A DNA stretch of 64,000 bases, taken from NCBI GenBank assembly GCA_035559535.1, contig DATMBG010000033.1:61573-125572 (forward strand), written 5' to 3'. The translations under genes were made by a program, and so were the position numbers. The notes beneath the pieces were generated by a model that saw only the letters and a program-made list of their open reading frames with translations, had not been told where the DNA came from and searched no databases. Of the stretch, positions 40,101 to 48,702 are shown piece after piece (the stretch's first letter is position 1; each line of letters opens with the position of its first letter). This stretch comes from Candidatus Limnocylindrales bacterium (GTDB lineage Bacteria > Moduliflexota > Moduliflexia > Moduliflexales > JAUQPW01).

Positions 40101-40160
40101 ACTGGAGGAAGTAAAGGGATTCCTCCATCTTAAAATTTCAAGTTTCTCCTCGGTCGTCAT
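37140..40160 (-). CDS. Soluble dual-NTPase: N-terminal P-loop NTPase (Walker A GEVGSGKTHL) fused to a C-terminal FtsK/SpoIIIE-type motor domain
   Basis: 1006 aa, no TM helices. N-terminal 'ALVLGEVGSGKTHLIGKI' with a distant acidic motif 'LIICFDRLE'. C-terminal FtsK-family motifs: Walker A 'GGTSGSGKS', Walker B 'VIMIDEYADLM', 'LILSTQRP', 'GHGDML'. Start overlaps the upstream gene stop (ATGA). Confidence 0.75.
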   Translation of the reverse strand: MTTEEKLEILRWRNPFTSSSVGDPREGVYPDVPSINEHAFKGLCQLIKQKSQNPGLNCGALVLGEVGSGKTHLIGKILQYTEQIQSEPGTPGLSFAYIQPIEDPEQTYRYLLREIIVNLCYPIHAASPVTQLEKIIDEIYREVVQKYGSTRDKQRNMLGTLIFKYIIPHRFKEVEDKALDLLSRAYPEISTSFLKVLFQYRIPSKRVAALNWLKGYVLDQADAALLQVSDRFQVSEDQTGRSNLLEQEARDILISLGLLLARYRQTLIICFDRLENLETEGKIYALGKMLEFLIDKAKAMLPIVCFRGGEWEGKFRLKLNQHIITRLETNRFELRGCTADQAMAIIQNRLASVLGEDQTNPFFPFDREELYKTFRKQLYIPRLVIAEANKRLRQILDQGPSVEVSPSQTLEEEFENQYRTILQDFDRYQPDRGRLRRALEVYLSYGPTKIGKSGQSVKSRTAETFQAGSFQVESLQRPEGKEKYIDFTGTLRVSSSSEVPVIFMIDVEQNPMAVGACLLKGIEFLKSHPSGKAFYIRDARCPIPPPPQWKATNEKLQLFKDLGGHVIILDSEQAARWYALALLSYAVKEGDVTLVGFDNRVKSITANEFATFIGEKLHGQKHSGFQGFEEVLGTSPGEKSETSRSSVSDPNSRETTQEAEQGLRALIQALDTLKLPVEPVGYIAGPRFIRYKIKPRLDQGVTVKKLVNQAENLQVALGLQVAPLIQPQAGYVSVDIPRKVRVPLTLGEVWQKGQRNRPPSKVAFPLGMSIDGSIVWANLSDPTMSGMLIGGTSGSGKSIFLKASAVGLALNAKPTEVRLILIDPKRVGFMDLASLPHLSGSILMDTESALEKLHQLVDEMEERYRTFEKKGVSDIHAYNQLGGSLSHQVIMIDEYADLMADKDTRTELETSIQRLGQKGRAAGIHLILSTQRPDARIVTPIIKANLQLKVALKVTSAANSTIILDTPGAEYLIGHGDMLIGGSVPLQRLQGPLVTKTEIEMAMHNQ

Positions 40161-40921
40161 CTTATTTCCTCACCTCTCCAACTTAAGGTTATATAAAGCA
40201 TCCCGCTCTCATCCATAAAAGAGTTTTTTATCTCCGCTTCGGTCATCGTTGAAGGATCTCCTCCATGGAGTTCTACGGCATAATCGGCCATCAACTCCGT
40301 AAGAACCCTATCAAACCGTTCCCGAGGCCAGCGAAGATACTCGCGAATTTGATGAATCGGAATAAAACTACGCCCCTTACCAACCCGGTAATAAGCTTGC
40401 TTAAAAGCCGTCCGATCATCTGTAGGGGCTTCTTTGTCTATCCCAGGTATCGGAACTTTATCAGAAATCTTGAGAGAAACCGAATGATCTTCTTTAAGAA
40501 TACAAACAACAAAACTTTTCTCCAGGAGATGGTTGAGGGCCTTGAGGTAATTTTTCTTGAGCACGGGAAGCTCTCGACCCAATTGTCTGGAAGATAAGCC
40601 CGGTTTTTGTCTGATTTTGTTTAGAATAAGTTCTTCCACCGATTTTCTGTAACCAATGTAGGTAGACCTCGCCGCCTGGTAAATTTGTAAACCATCGCCC
40701 AAATGGGAAGTCAATTTAATCAGGATCTCTGAATTTGTCGCCTCCCTGGAGAGACCCAAGTGTTTCCGCGAGGTGGAAGAAATTCCGTCTACAATTTGTT
40801 TAACCGTAAGGTAATCCCGGTTTTTCTTTTTTAATAAATCCAGAATTTCTTTTTCGATATGGGACGGAGTATAATTTTCCATGTCAGGTAAAAATTTTCC
40901 GTGAATTATTCTCTTTTTCAT
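40157..40921 (-). CDS. Hypothetical protein, first gene of the dual-ATPase cassette
   Basis: 254-aa ORF whose stop overlaps the start of the 1006-aa gene by 4 bp. No motif recognised; a possible helix-turn-helix is a guess only. Confidence 0.5.
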   Translation of the reverse strand: MKKRIIHGKFLPDMENYTPSHIEKEILDLLKKKNRDYLTVKQIVDGISSTSRKHLGLSREATNSEILIKLTSHLGDGLQIYQAARSTYIGYRKSVEELILNKIRQKPGLSSRQLGRELPVLKKNYLKALNHLLEKSFVVCILKEDHSVSLKISDKVPIPGIDKEAPTDDRTAFKQAYYRVGKGRSFIPIHQIREYLRWPRERFDRVLTELMADYAVELHGGDPSTMTEAEIKNSFMDESGMLYITLSWRGEEIR

Positions 40922-41112
40922 GGGATTAACGGTATCCCAACAGGGTTTAGAACCGTCTAGAATCTCAAAATAGCTTTGTATCTCTTTCAGGATAAAAAAG
41001 CAAGCAGATTCTTACGGGGTAAATTTTCCTAAAAATATTTTGACGTCCTGCAGGTTCAGGGTGTAAGATAGGAATTGCTTGTAATTACCGGAAACTTAGC
41101 AGGACGACCCCC

Positions 41113-41955
41113 ATGGAACATATATCCGATACGGCCCGTTGGGTTGCTGTATATCGTGCGATGGAGACGGAAAGGACGGATGCCCATTTTCGAGACCCCT
41201 ATGCACGTCTCTTAGCCGGGGAACAGGGGGAAAGGATCGTTCGAACTTTACCACGAGGTATGTCCAGCGCCTGGGCCGTAATTGTACGTACCTGTGTATT
41301 TGACGAAATGATCCTGTGGGCTGTTCAGACTCAACAGGTGGATACTGTTTTGAATCTCGCCTCAGGTCTCGATACCCGGCCTTACCGGCTCCCCTTACCC
41401 GCTTCATTAAGATGGATCGAAGTGGATTTACCCGATATCCTTACCTATAAGGAAAAAAAGCTGGTCGATATAAGGCCGGCCTGTTCTTTGGAAATTGTAA
41501 AGATGGACCTGATGGACGTCACCGCGCGGCGGGCTCTTTTCAACCAGATAGGTGCCCTCTCTCGACGTGTACTTGTGGTAAGTGAAGGTCTTAGCCCCTA
41601 TCTCACCTCCGATCAGATTGCTTCCCTGGCCCAGGATCTTTCCACCCAACCCACTTTCCGGTGGTGGTTACTGGATTTAATATCTCCCCTTGCGCTTCAA
41701 CGAATTCAGAAATTATGGAAGAAGCAACTTGGTACAGGTCGTATTGCCTTTCACTTCGCTCCGGTGGAAGGGGCTACTTTTTTCAATCCGTATGGCTGGA
41801 AGGTCCTGGAAGTTCGATCTTCGGTAGAAGAAGGTCGTCGCCTGAAACGAGAAATGCCCTTTGCATGGTTCTGGCGGTTTCTGGTTAAGATATTTAAGGA
41901 GAAACAAGAAATTTTTCGTAATACCTATACCTTTGTCCTTTTGGAACAAATATGA
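41113..41955 (+). CDS. Class I SAM-dependent methyltransferase (leucine carboxyl methyltransferase / TcmP-like family)
   Basis: ATG start. 'VDTVLNLASGLDTRPYRL' SAM-binding region and family-typical N-terminus 'ARWVAVYRAMETERTDAHFRDPYA'. Confidence 0.7.
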   Translation: MEHISDTARWVAVYRAMETERTDAHFRDPYARLLAGEQGERIVRTLPRGMSSAWAVIVRTCVFDEMILWAVQTQQVDTVLNLASGLDTRPYRLPLPASLRWIEVDLPDILTYKEKKLVDIRPACSLEIVKMDLMDVTARRALFNQIGALSRRVLVVSEGLSPYLTSDQIASLAQDLSTQPTFRWWLLDLISPLALQRIQKLWKKQLGTGRIAFHFAPVEGATFFNPYGWKVLEVRSSVEEGRRLKREMPFAWFWRFLVKIFKEKQEIFRNTYTFVLLEQI

Positions 41956-42803
41956 CGGCTCCCAACCTTTCCTTACAAAAGACTTTTATCCCCGGTATCG
42001 TACCTCCAACCAAGTATACGGGATTATCCTGGTGGTTTGCCTTCCAGGGAAATAATCTTCTGGTTTACCTGGAAGATTCTTCGGTCCGTATTCCCTGTGA
42101 GGTGGACTTTTCCCGATTAGGGGTAACCGCCATCCGGCAACATTATTTGGGTCTTCTAGAAGGGCGCCCCTGTTACTCAATTGAACTGGCTGAAGATACC
42201 AAACCGCCGGAAGGCATGGCTTTTCAAGGTTTACGTCAGTTATTCAATCGTTTGGAAGAAGACCTTTTCTGGATAGCCGGACGGGCTGTGCAGATCGTAG
42301 ACTGGGATCGAACCCATCAGTTTTGTGGAAAGTGTGGATCCAGAATGATAACCAGATCCAGGGAACGGGCCAAGGAATGTCTCCAATGTGGTTTAGTAAA
42401 CTATCCCCGCTTATCTCCGGCTATTATCGTTCTCGTTGAACGCGACTCTCAAATCCTGCTGGCCAGATCCCACCGTTTTCCACCGGGTATGTACAGTGTC
42501 ATTGCAGGCTTTGTAGACCCGGGCGAAACCCTGGAAGAAGCCGTGGTGCGAGAAGTCAAGGAAGAAACGGGAATTGATGTCAAAGATATCCATTACTTCG
42601 GCAGTCAACCCTGGCCATTTCCCCATTCCCTCATGATTGCATTTACGGCGGTTTATGCAGGGGGTGAGATCGTTGTAGAGGATGAAGAGATTGAAGCAGC
42701 AGGTTGGTTTACGGCCGACAACCTGCCCGCTTTACCTAATAAAATCAGTATTGCACGCAAGTTGATAGACTGGTTTTTGGCGAAGCAAGGCAAGGCTACC
42801 TGA
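41952..42803 (+). CDS. nudC: NAD+ diphosphatase (NADH pyrophosphatase), Nudix family
   Basis: Zinc ribbon 'CGKCGSRM...CLQCG' followed by Nudix box 'GFVDPGETLEEAVVREVKEETGI'. Start overlaps the upstream stop (ATGA). Confidence 0.8.
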   Translation: MTAPNLSLQKTFIPGIVPPTKYTGLSWWFAFQGNNLLVYLEDSSVRIPCEVDFSRLGVTAIRQHYLGLLEGRPCYSIELAEDTKPPEGMAFQGLRQLFNRLEEDLFWIAGRAVQIVDWDRTHQFCGKCGSRMITRSRERAKECLQCGLVNYPRLSPAIIVLVERDSQILLARSHRFPPGMYSVIAGFVDPGETLEEAVVREVKEETGIDVKDIHYFGSQPWPFPHSLMIAFTAVYAGGEIVVEDEEIEAAGWFTADNLPALPNKISIARKLIDWFLAKQGKAT

Positions 42804-42982
42804 CCGGGACCCCAAGGAACAGGGATCTTCCCGGGCTTTGAGCTCCAACACATAGCTCTCACCCTCATGGGGTCAAGTCTCACAGCAGGGGAAGATCCGT
42901 TTACCTGGTTTTAATCGACTGTATGGCCGACGAAAACTTTCGCTACCTTCCGCTTTGGGCAAGAAAAGAACCTGCTTTTCCC

Positions 42983-44350
42983 TTAGTATTTAACAAGTTC
43001 ATCGGCTCCAATATCAAAGGCCGGACCCTGAGGTCTGGGATTACCCTCAAAATCTATAGGAACTTCTGAACCTAGATTGTAACCACGATCGATGGCCAAA
43101 ACAGCCGTCGACTTTAGATGAAAATTATATCTCGGTGCATTCACAAACAGACTACCATCTGACGGCCAGGATAGAACAAGATTGTTGCTTTGCGTAACGA
43201 TGGTTCCATCCCTTAAATTCAAGGGCCTGTCTAAGATGTTGTTGATGTATTTTACGTTTAGGGCACTGACCCTCACATCCGGGGTAAACCCATTGTTGTA
43301 AAGGGTATTGTTATAAATTTTTCCATCTTTATTCTTGATCACGGAGATCCCTGCATCGGCGCAAATGGCAATCCTGTTGTTTCGGACGATACCTCCCACA
43401 TGTTCATAGGTCTCTCCGCCCCAGCTTGGGTTGCCGAATCCTCCATAGCTGATTCCCACAAGACCACAGCCGGTAATGAGATTCCCTTCTATGATGGTAT
43501 TTGCCGACCCACTCTTAAACTGGATGCAGGTACCTGCCAACCTTGCCCCCCAAATGTCATGGATGTAGTTGTACCGTACAACCCAATCTTTACAGGCATT
43601 GCAATCTATGCCCTGGAAGTTACTTCCCCGGAAGGGAGTTAGCTGATAGATTTCGTTATTCTGAATGGTTACCCGACTGGCATAAACGCCATTTACCGGA
43701 GCCGTACCCCCTCCCTTGATGGCACTGGTCTGGCTTTGGGAATTGGCCCGGGTATTATCAAACAGGATATTATTTCTGATGACAATATCTGTGCTCGGTG
43801 CGTCTATTTTGATACCATGATAAGCTCCTCCTGTAATTCTTAATCCCTCAATAATTACAAATCTGGCTCCTGTGAAGTAAAAAGCCTCTTCACTCCCATT
43901 CGCATCAATGGTCACACTTCCCAAACCATCCCTTGACATAATCCTCACAGGAGCCGCCTGGGTTCCGGATCGACTGGAGGGGAATCTAAGCCGATCGGTC
44001 AGAACATAGGTACCTGGCATCAGGATGATTCGTTGACCCGGACTTATATTAGCGATGGCATTGACGAGTTGAGAAACATTGCTTACCACCACATCCAAAG
44101 CATAGGCCCGGGTGCAGGAAAATAAAAGAATCCAAATGGTCAGGAAGATAAGGTAGATGGTTTGAGGAGTAGATCCCAAAAAGATCCTTTGAGTTATCCG
44201 GTAAGACTTATCTTCTGGAGGGTTTGCTAGCCAGGAGTATTCCAAGGATTTCTCTAAATTTAGGGGTTGTAAGGAACGCAGCCGATGAATCTTATTTAAC
44301 ATACCTTCCAAAACCCGACCCCTCTCGTATCCTCTGAAATAAGAAAACAC
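42983..44350 (-). CDS. Secreted right-handed parallel beta-helix protein (pectate-lyase-fold, possible polysaccharide-active enzyme)
   Basis: Repetitive beta-helix coil motifs ('IRNNILFDNT', 'IQNNEIYQ', 'IEGNLITGCG', 'VRNNRIAIC', 'IYNNTLYNN') after an N-terminal hydrophobic segment. True start may be the internal ATG near 44302. Confidence 0.6.
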   Translation of the reverse strand: MFSYFRGYERGRVLEGMLNKIHRLRSLQPLNLEKSLEYSWLANPPEDKSYRITQRIFLGSTPQTIYLIFLTIWILLFSCTRAYALDVVVSNVSQLVNAIANISPGQRIILMPGTYVLTDRLRFPSSRSGTQAAPVRIMSRDGLGSVTIDANGSEEAFYFTGARFVIIEGLRITGGAYHGIKIDAPSTDIVIRNNILFDNTRANSQSQTSAIKGGGTAPVNGVYASRVTIQNNEIYQLTPFRGSNFQGIDCNACKDWVVRYNYIHDIWGARLAGTCIQFKSGSANTIIEGNLITGCGLVGISYGGFGNPSWGGETYEHVGGIVRNNRIAICADAGISVIKNKDGKIYNNTLYNNGFTPDVRVSALNVKYINNILDRPLNLRDGTIVTQSNNLVLSWPSDGSLFVNAPRYNFHLKSTAVLAIDRGYNLGSEVPIDFEGNPRPQGPAFDIGADELVKY

Positions 44351-44562
44351 AAAATCCTATTCCAGGGCCCAGAAGAGTAAGGTTTGATCTAGACATAACC
44401 AAAGGGAAGTTGCCGCTTCCCCGATGATTTTTCATACCAATTTGTATTTCATACCGTAGAAGCCGGTTTGAAACCGATCCCTCCCTAAGGCCTGTATAGG
44501 GACCCCATAAAATACAAATTGGGACTGTTACTTTGTAAAGTTAAATTTGAATAACTATTCTA

Positions 44563-44674
44563 CCCTCACCCCTAACCCCCTCTCCCGAAGCTTCGGGAGA
44601 GGGGTTGAGAAGTTGACCTGGAGATTTGTCGGCTCCCTTCTCCCACGCTGTGGGAGAGGGGCCGGAGGTGAGGG
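44563..44674. repeat. Nested palindromic element: two tandem 26-27-bp hairpin units enclosed by an outer 8-bp inverted repeat
   Basis: Unit 1 CCCTCTCCCGAAGCTTCGGGAGAGGG (44578-44603). Unit 2 CCCTTCTCCCACGCTGTGGGAGAGGGG (44635-44661). Outer arms CCCTCACC (44563-44570) / GGTGAGGG (44667-44674). Confidence 0.6.
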
Positions 44675-45162
44675 CAGTGAATGACCCAAAATTAACCTTA
44701 CCAGGTACTCTTCACAAGATGAGCAGAGAAATAAACAGCAGGTAAGAAGGATAAGCCAGATCGCCTGTTTTTCCATTCAACCTCTTAAACAGGTTATCAC
44801 TTCGCTCTTTCGAGTCCTACCCAACATAGGGAAACTTGAGTACTCGATGATTACTTTTTAGTCAAGTGTTTTTTTACAAAAAAAATTTAGAGTCAAAATG
44901 GCACTTATTTTTTAAGAACTTAAAATTTTTCTGCCAATATGATCTTATTTCTAAATTTGTTTAAGATTAACCTAAAATTCTATAAGTTTGGTGAATGAGA
45001 AGGAATCGGCTGAAGAAGAGAAAGAGCAAGTTATTTTCTTTGACATTCTTCCTGAGAAGTTTTAAGATCCTCTCAGATTTAAATGACCCGCTTTTAAGGA
45101 TAAAATTCATCCAGGTATGTTGGCAAAACTTCCAACATCGGGTTAATTTAAGGAGGATTGCA

Positions 45163-46344
45163 ATGAAAATAATCAACTATCAAACTTACGTGGTAGGAAC
45201 TCCCTGGCGCAACTTAACGTATCTGGTAATCGAAACCGATGAAGGGATTCGGGGGGTCGGTGAGGCTCGAGTTTTAGGGAAAACCCACACGGTGCTTCAG
45301 TACTTGAAAGACGTCAAACGTCATTTTGTGGGACACGATGTTTATGACATTGAAGACCTTTACCGGAGATTTACATTATTGGATTTTGGATCTCCAGGTG
45401 AAGTTGTTATGACAGGCCTGGCTTTAGTTGAAATGGCGTGCTGGGATTGTATTGGTAAAAAAGCAAATCTTCCGGTCTACAAATTACTGGGCGGCAAGGT
45501 TCGAACCAAGATTCCCGCCTATGCCAACGGATGGTATACCGTTGAACGTACGCCAGAACAATTTGCCAAGGCAGCCGAAAAGGTGGTCAGTCGAGGCTAT
45601 CTGGGCATGAAATTTGATCCCTTTGGGAATGGAGATATGGAATTAACCCGGAAGGAGTATTTTCGATCCATAGAGTTGATTGAAGCAGTTCATTCGGTAG
45701 CAGGGGATTATGTACAAATTTTTATAGAAATGCATGGTCGGTTTTCTCCCCATCAGGCGATTGAGATCGCCAAAGAGATTGAACGATTTAACCCCGGCTG
45801 GATCGAAGAACCCTGCCGTCCAGAGGATTTAGGAGCATTGAAGATGGTTGCCCAACATACCTCGATCCCCATCGCTACCGGTGAACGCCTGTACCGCGCT
45901 GCGCAGTTCCGGGATCTTTTCCCCATGCGCTGTGTAAACATCATTCAACCGGATATTAATCAGTGTGGGGGTCTTTTAGAAGTAAAGAAGATCGCTTCGA
46001 CGGCCGAAACCTATTCTGTGATGGTTGCCCCTCATAATGTGGGAGGGATTATCTCGACGACGGCGGTCCTTCATCTGATGGCCGGATTACGCAATGGTAA
46101 AATCGTGGAACACTTTAATGACTTTGCCGATGTACAGGTCAAGCAGGCCGGACGTCCTTACCCTGAAGTTATAGATGGGCATTTTAGCCTACCCGAGGGG
46201 CCAGGTTGGGGAGTTGAATTAAACTATGACTTTTTAGAATCCCATAAGCCCAAAGAAATAGATGGCGTTATCCAAGATCCGGGCTTAAATATGTTTGTGA
46301 ATCCAGACTGGCATAAGCGAGCCCAGAACCAGAACACCGAATAA
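45163..46344 (+). CDS. Enolase-superfamily enzyme (mandelate racemase / muconate lactonizing enzyme family; sugar-acid dehydratase-like)
   Basis: ATG at 45163 preceded by AGGAGG. Capping domain 'KIINYQTYVVGTPWRN' and barrel domain with metal ligands ('IEMHGRF', 'IEEP', 'IIQPD'). The upstream part of the track ORF is probably not translated. Confidence 0.8.
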   Translation: MKIINYQTYVVGTPWRNLTYLVIETDEGIRGVGEARVLGKTHTVLQYLKDVKRHFVGHDVYDIEDLYRRFTLLDFGSPGEVVMTGLALVEMACWDCIGKKANLPVYKLLGGKVRTKIPAYANGWYTVERTPEQFAKAAEKVVSRGYLGMKFDPFGNGDMELTRKEYFRSIELIEAVHSVAGDYVQIFIEMHGRFSPHQAIEIAKEIERFNPGWIEEPCRPEDLGALKMVAQHTSIPIATGERLYRAAQFRDLFPMRCVNIIQPDINQCGGLLEVKKIASTAETYSVMVAPHNVGGIISTTAVLHLMAGLRNGKIVEHFNDFADVQVKQAGRPYPEVIDGHFSLPEGPGWGVELNYDFLESHKPKEIDGVIQDPGLNMFVNPDWHKRAQNQNTE

Positions 46345-46407
46345 CAACCTATGAACCTGGAGCAATGGACCATGACCTGGGTCATGGTCCATTGTCTATA
46401 GCAGAGT

Positions 46408-46716
46408 ATGATCTACGTCATTGCCACCATTCAACTACTCGAAGGAAAACGGGAAGCCTTTCTTGAAGAATTTCGTAAAATAGTTCCCCAAGTTAGAGCA
46501 GAAAAAGGATGTCTGGAATATGGACCTGCCATCGATGTAAAGACAACCCTTGCTGCTCAAGGACCCATTCGGGATAACGTGGTAGTCATCATGGAAAAAT
46601 GGGAAGATATCCCATTTCTGCAAGCGCACCTCAACGCACCCCATGTACTGGAATATCGTAGGAAAGTCAAAGACTGGGTGGTCAGTTCCAGTCTGCAGAT
46701 TCTTCAGCCCGCCTAA
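46408..46716 (+). CDS. Antibiotic-biosynthesis-monooxygenase (ABM) domain protein (YgiN-like quinol monooxygenase family)
   Basis: 102 aa with ABM-like pattern (IYVIATIQLLEGKREAFLEEF...VVVIMEKWEDIPFLQAHLNAPHV). Confidence 0.6.
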   Translation: MIYVIATIQLLEGKREAFLEEFRKIVPQVRAEKGCLEYGPAIDVKTTLAAQGPIRDNVVVIMEKWEDIPFLQAHLNAPHVLEYRRKVKDWVVSSSLQILQPA

Positions 46717-46792
46717 AAAATGGTTTTGCAGAATTTTTAACTACCCAAAGAGATTTTATCAGACTGATTCTTCCGACAGAAGGGAGACAAAA

Positions 46793-47569
46793 ATGGGCTC
46801 ACAAAGTATGGAAGATCTCAATCATTACTACGAAATTTTAGACTTAAAACCTGGAGCCTCTCCAGAAGAGGTGAAACAGGCTTACAAAGATCTGGTCAGC
46901 GTCTGGCATCCAGATCGTTTTCATCATAACCCCCGGCTCCAACAAAAAGCCCAGGAAAAACTAAAGGAAATCAACCAGGCTTACGAAGAAATTGAAGCTT
47001 ATCGAAGAAGCAAACAAACTACGTCTTCTTCCGGTTATAACCAACCTAAAGTTCGGCTTCGGAGCAAGCCTACAACCCTCTCCAACGATGAAATTGTCCG
47101 GATGATTGAAGAACGAGGGTTTAACCACCCCTACGATCTCTGGGAATATGATCTGGCCCATCGAGTCAGAGGAGATTTTCAACATGAATATGTATCCTTG
47201 ATCCTAAACGGCGACAAAGTGGTCGTAGATCAGGTTACGGGTCTTATGTGGCAACAATCAGGTTCCTCAAACTTATTAACCTGGGAGAAGGCCAGAGATT
47301 ATATCGATCAACTGAATAAAAAGCATTATGCAGGTTATCTAGACTGGCGTCTACCTACGGTGGAAGAGCTGGCTTCCCTGATGGAATTTAAAGAAAAAAA
47401 TGGAAATCTCTACATAGACCCCGCATTCGATCCGACACAAATCTGGTGCTGGAGTGCCGATTTCGTGAAGGGTGCTTCGGCTGCCTGGGGAGTTTACTTC
47501 GCCCTGGGTTTTGTGTCCAATGGTCTTCTGACCAATCCCCTCTACGTCCGTGCAGTTCGCTCACTGTAG
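46793..47569 (+). CDS. J-domain protein with C-terminal DUF1566-like (Lcl C-terminal) domain
   Basis: ATG at 46793 preceded by AGGGAG. J domain 'YYEILDLKPGASPEEVKQAYKDLVSVWHPDRF'. C-terminal 'DWRLPTVEELASLM' characteristic of DUF1566. Confidence 0.6.
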   Translation: MGSQSMEDLNHYYEILDLKPGASPEEVKQAYKDLVSVWHPDRFHHNPRLQQKAQEKLKEINQAYEEIEAYRRSKQTTSSSGYNQPKVRLRSKPTTLSNDEIVRMIEERGFNHPYDLWEYDLAHRVRGDFQHEYVSLILNGDKVVVDQVTGLMWQQSGSSNLLTWEKARDYIDQLNKKHYAGYLDWRLPTVEELASLMEFKEKNGNLYIDPAFDPTQIWCWSADFVKGASAAWGVYFALGFVSNGLLTNPLYVRAVRSL

Positions 47570-47590
47570 CTATGGAGGAAACAGGACGGA

Positions 47591-47815
47591 ATGCGCAGTT
47601 TACTCAATTTTTTAGGCCATCTAAAATTAGATTGGAAAAGTTTCATTTATGGTCTAACTTTTGGAGTAATCATAGGGATTCTCCTTTTCACCGGATCTTC
47701 CAATCGTTATGAGATCAGTAATTCTTCTCGACAGGTGATTAAATTTGATAAGTTAACGGGGAATGCCTGGTTGCTCAGTGGAAATACCTGGAAAAAAATC
47801 CGGCATGAGGAGTAG
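47591..47815 (+). CDS. Hypothetical small membrane protein
   Basis: 74-aa ORF with one hydrophobic helix (FIYGLTFGVIIGILLF); weak support. Confidence 0.3.
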   Translation: MRSLLNFLGHLKLDWKSFIYGLTFGVIIGILLFTGSSNRYEISNSSRQVIKFDKLTGNAWLLSGNTWKKIRHEE

Positions 47816-47845
47816 ATCCTTCAGGAATTTTCTACTACTCCCTGG

Positions 47846-48634
47846 CTAGTCGGTAAATACCACCTCAACCGTTCCGAACAAACCAAAATCCCCGACTACC
47901 CGATCCCCGGGTTTTATCCGGACAGGTCGGAGGCAGGTTCCTGTGGTAACGATCTGGCCGGCTTTGAGTTCTTCACCCCGGGTTATTAGCTCATTGGCCA
48001 GCCAGGTAAGGGCAATTCGCGGATCGCCCAAAACATTGGCTCCAGATCCCTGGTCGGTATGCAGGCTGTTCAGGATGAGCGAAACGGGATGGGTCGAAAG
48101 CTCTGTGCTTCGCCAATCGGCAGTAGTTTCATTTCCCAACACAAAGAAACAGGCGCAGGCATTGTCGGCAATAAGTTGTGGCGCTCCAACCCGATCAAAA
48201 TCCTTGAATCGGGAGTCGGGTATCTCAATGGCCGGATGAAGGCTTGCCACACCAGACATAATTTCTTCCACGGTGTAATCCCGACCCCGAGGGGGAAAAT
48301 CGCGGGCCAGGCGAAAGGCAAATTCCAGCTCTGCCACACGCATTCTGTTGGTACCTAAAGGCCACGTAGCCGGACTTGTACTTATCTTTCCCGCCAACAA
48401 TCTCCCTGCTAACGGTCTGTCTACACCGATATGCGCCTGTCCGGCTTGACTGGTTGCCGCTATCTTCCAACCCAAAACAGGCCGGCCGGAACAGGTCACC
48501 AGGGCTGTTTGAATGGCGTATCCTTCCTCCAGGGTTCGAGGGCGGCAGGCTTCAGGTAGATTCTCGATTTTTAGACCTTCCTGCCAGGCATTCCAAAGCA
48601 TTTGGGCTGCCAGATGTACCTGTATAGGATCCAT
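47846..48634 (-). CDS. 2-keto-4-pentenoate hydratase / 4-oxalocrotonate decarboxylase family protein
   Basis: 262 aa; family-typical N-terminus 'AAQMLWNAWQEGLKIENLP...EEGYAIQ' and 'GWKIAATS'. Confidence 0.65.
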   Translation of the reverse strand: MDPIQVHLAAQMLWNAWQEGLKIENLPEACRPRTLEEGYAIQTALVTCSGRPVLGWKIAATSQAGQAHIGVDRPLAGRLLAGKISTSPATWPLGTNRMRVAELEFAFRLARDFPPRGRDYTVEEIMSGVASLHPAIEIPDSRFKDFDRVGAPQLIADNACACFFVLGNETTADWRSTELSTHPVSLILNSLHTDQGSGANVLGDPRIALTWLANELITRGEELKAGQIVTTGTCLRPVRIKPGDRVVGDFGLFGTVEVVFTD

Positions 48635-48702
48635 AGCTTACCTCAGTTCCCGTTTTCCCTTTGCATAAGGGATTCTGGTTAAACAGATTTTTAGGGATGA
48701 AA

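Noticed and set aside
44555-44776. 73-aa ORF overlapping the nested palindromic element
   Set aside because: Its reading frame is generated by the hairpin repeats (Pro/Leu/Arg-rich translation); treated as an artefact.
45498-45510. GGTTCGAACC motif resembling a tRNA T-arm
   Set aside because: It lies inside the enolase-superfamily CDS in frame (…KVRTKIP…) with no surrounding cloverleaf potential.
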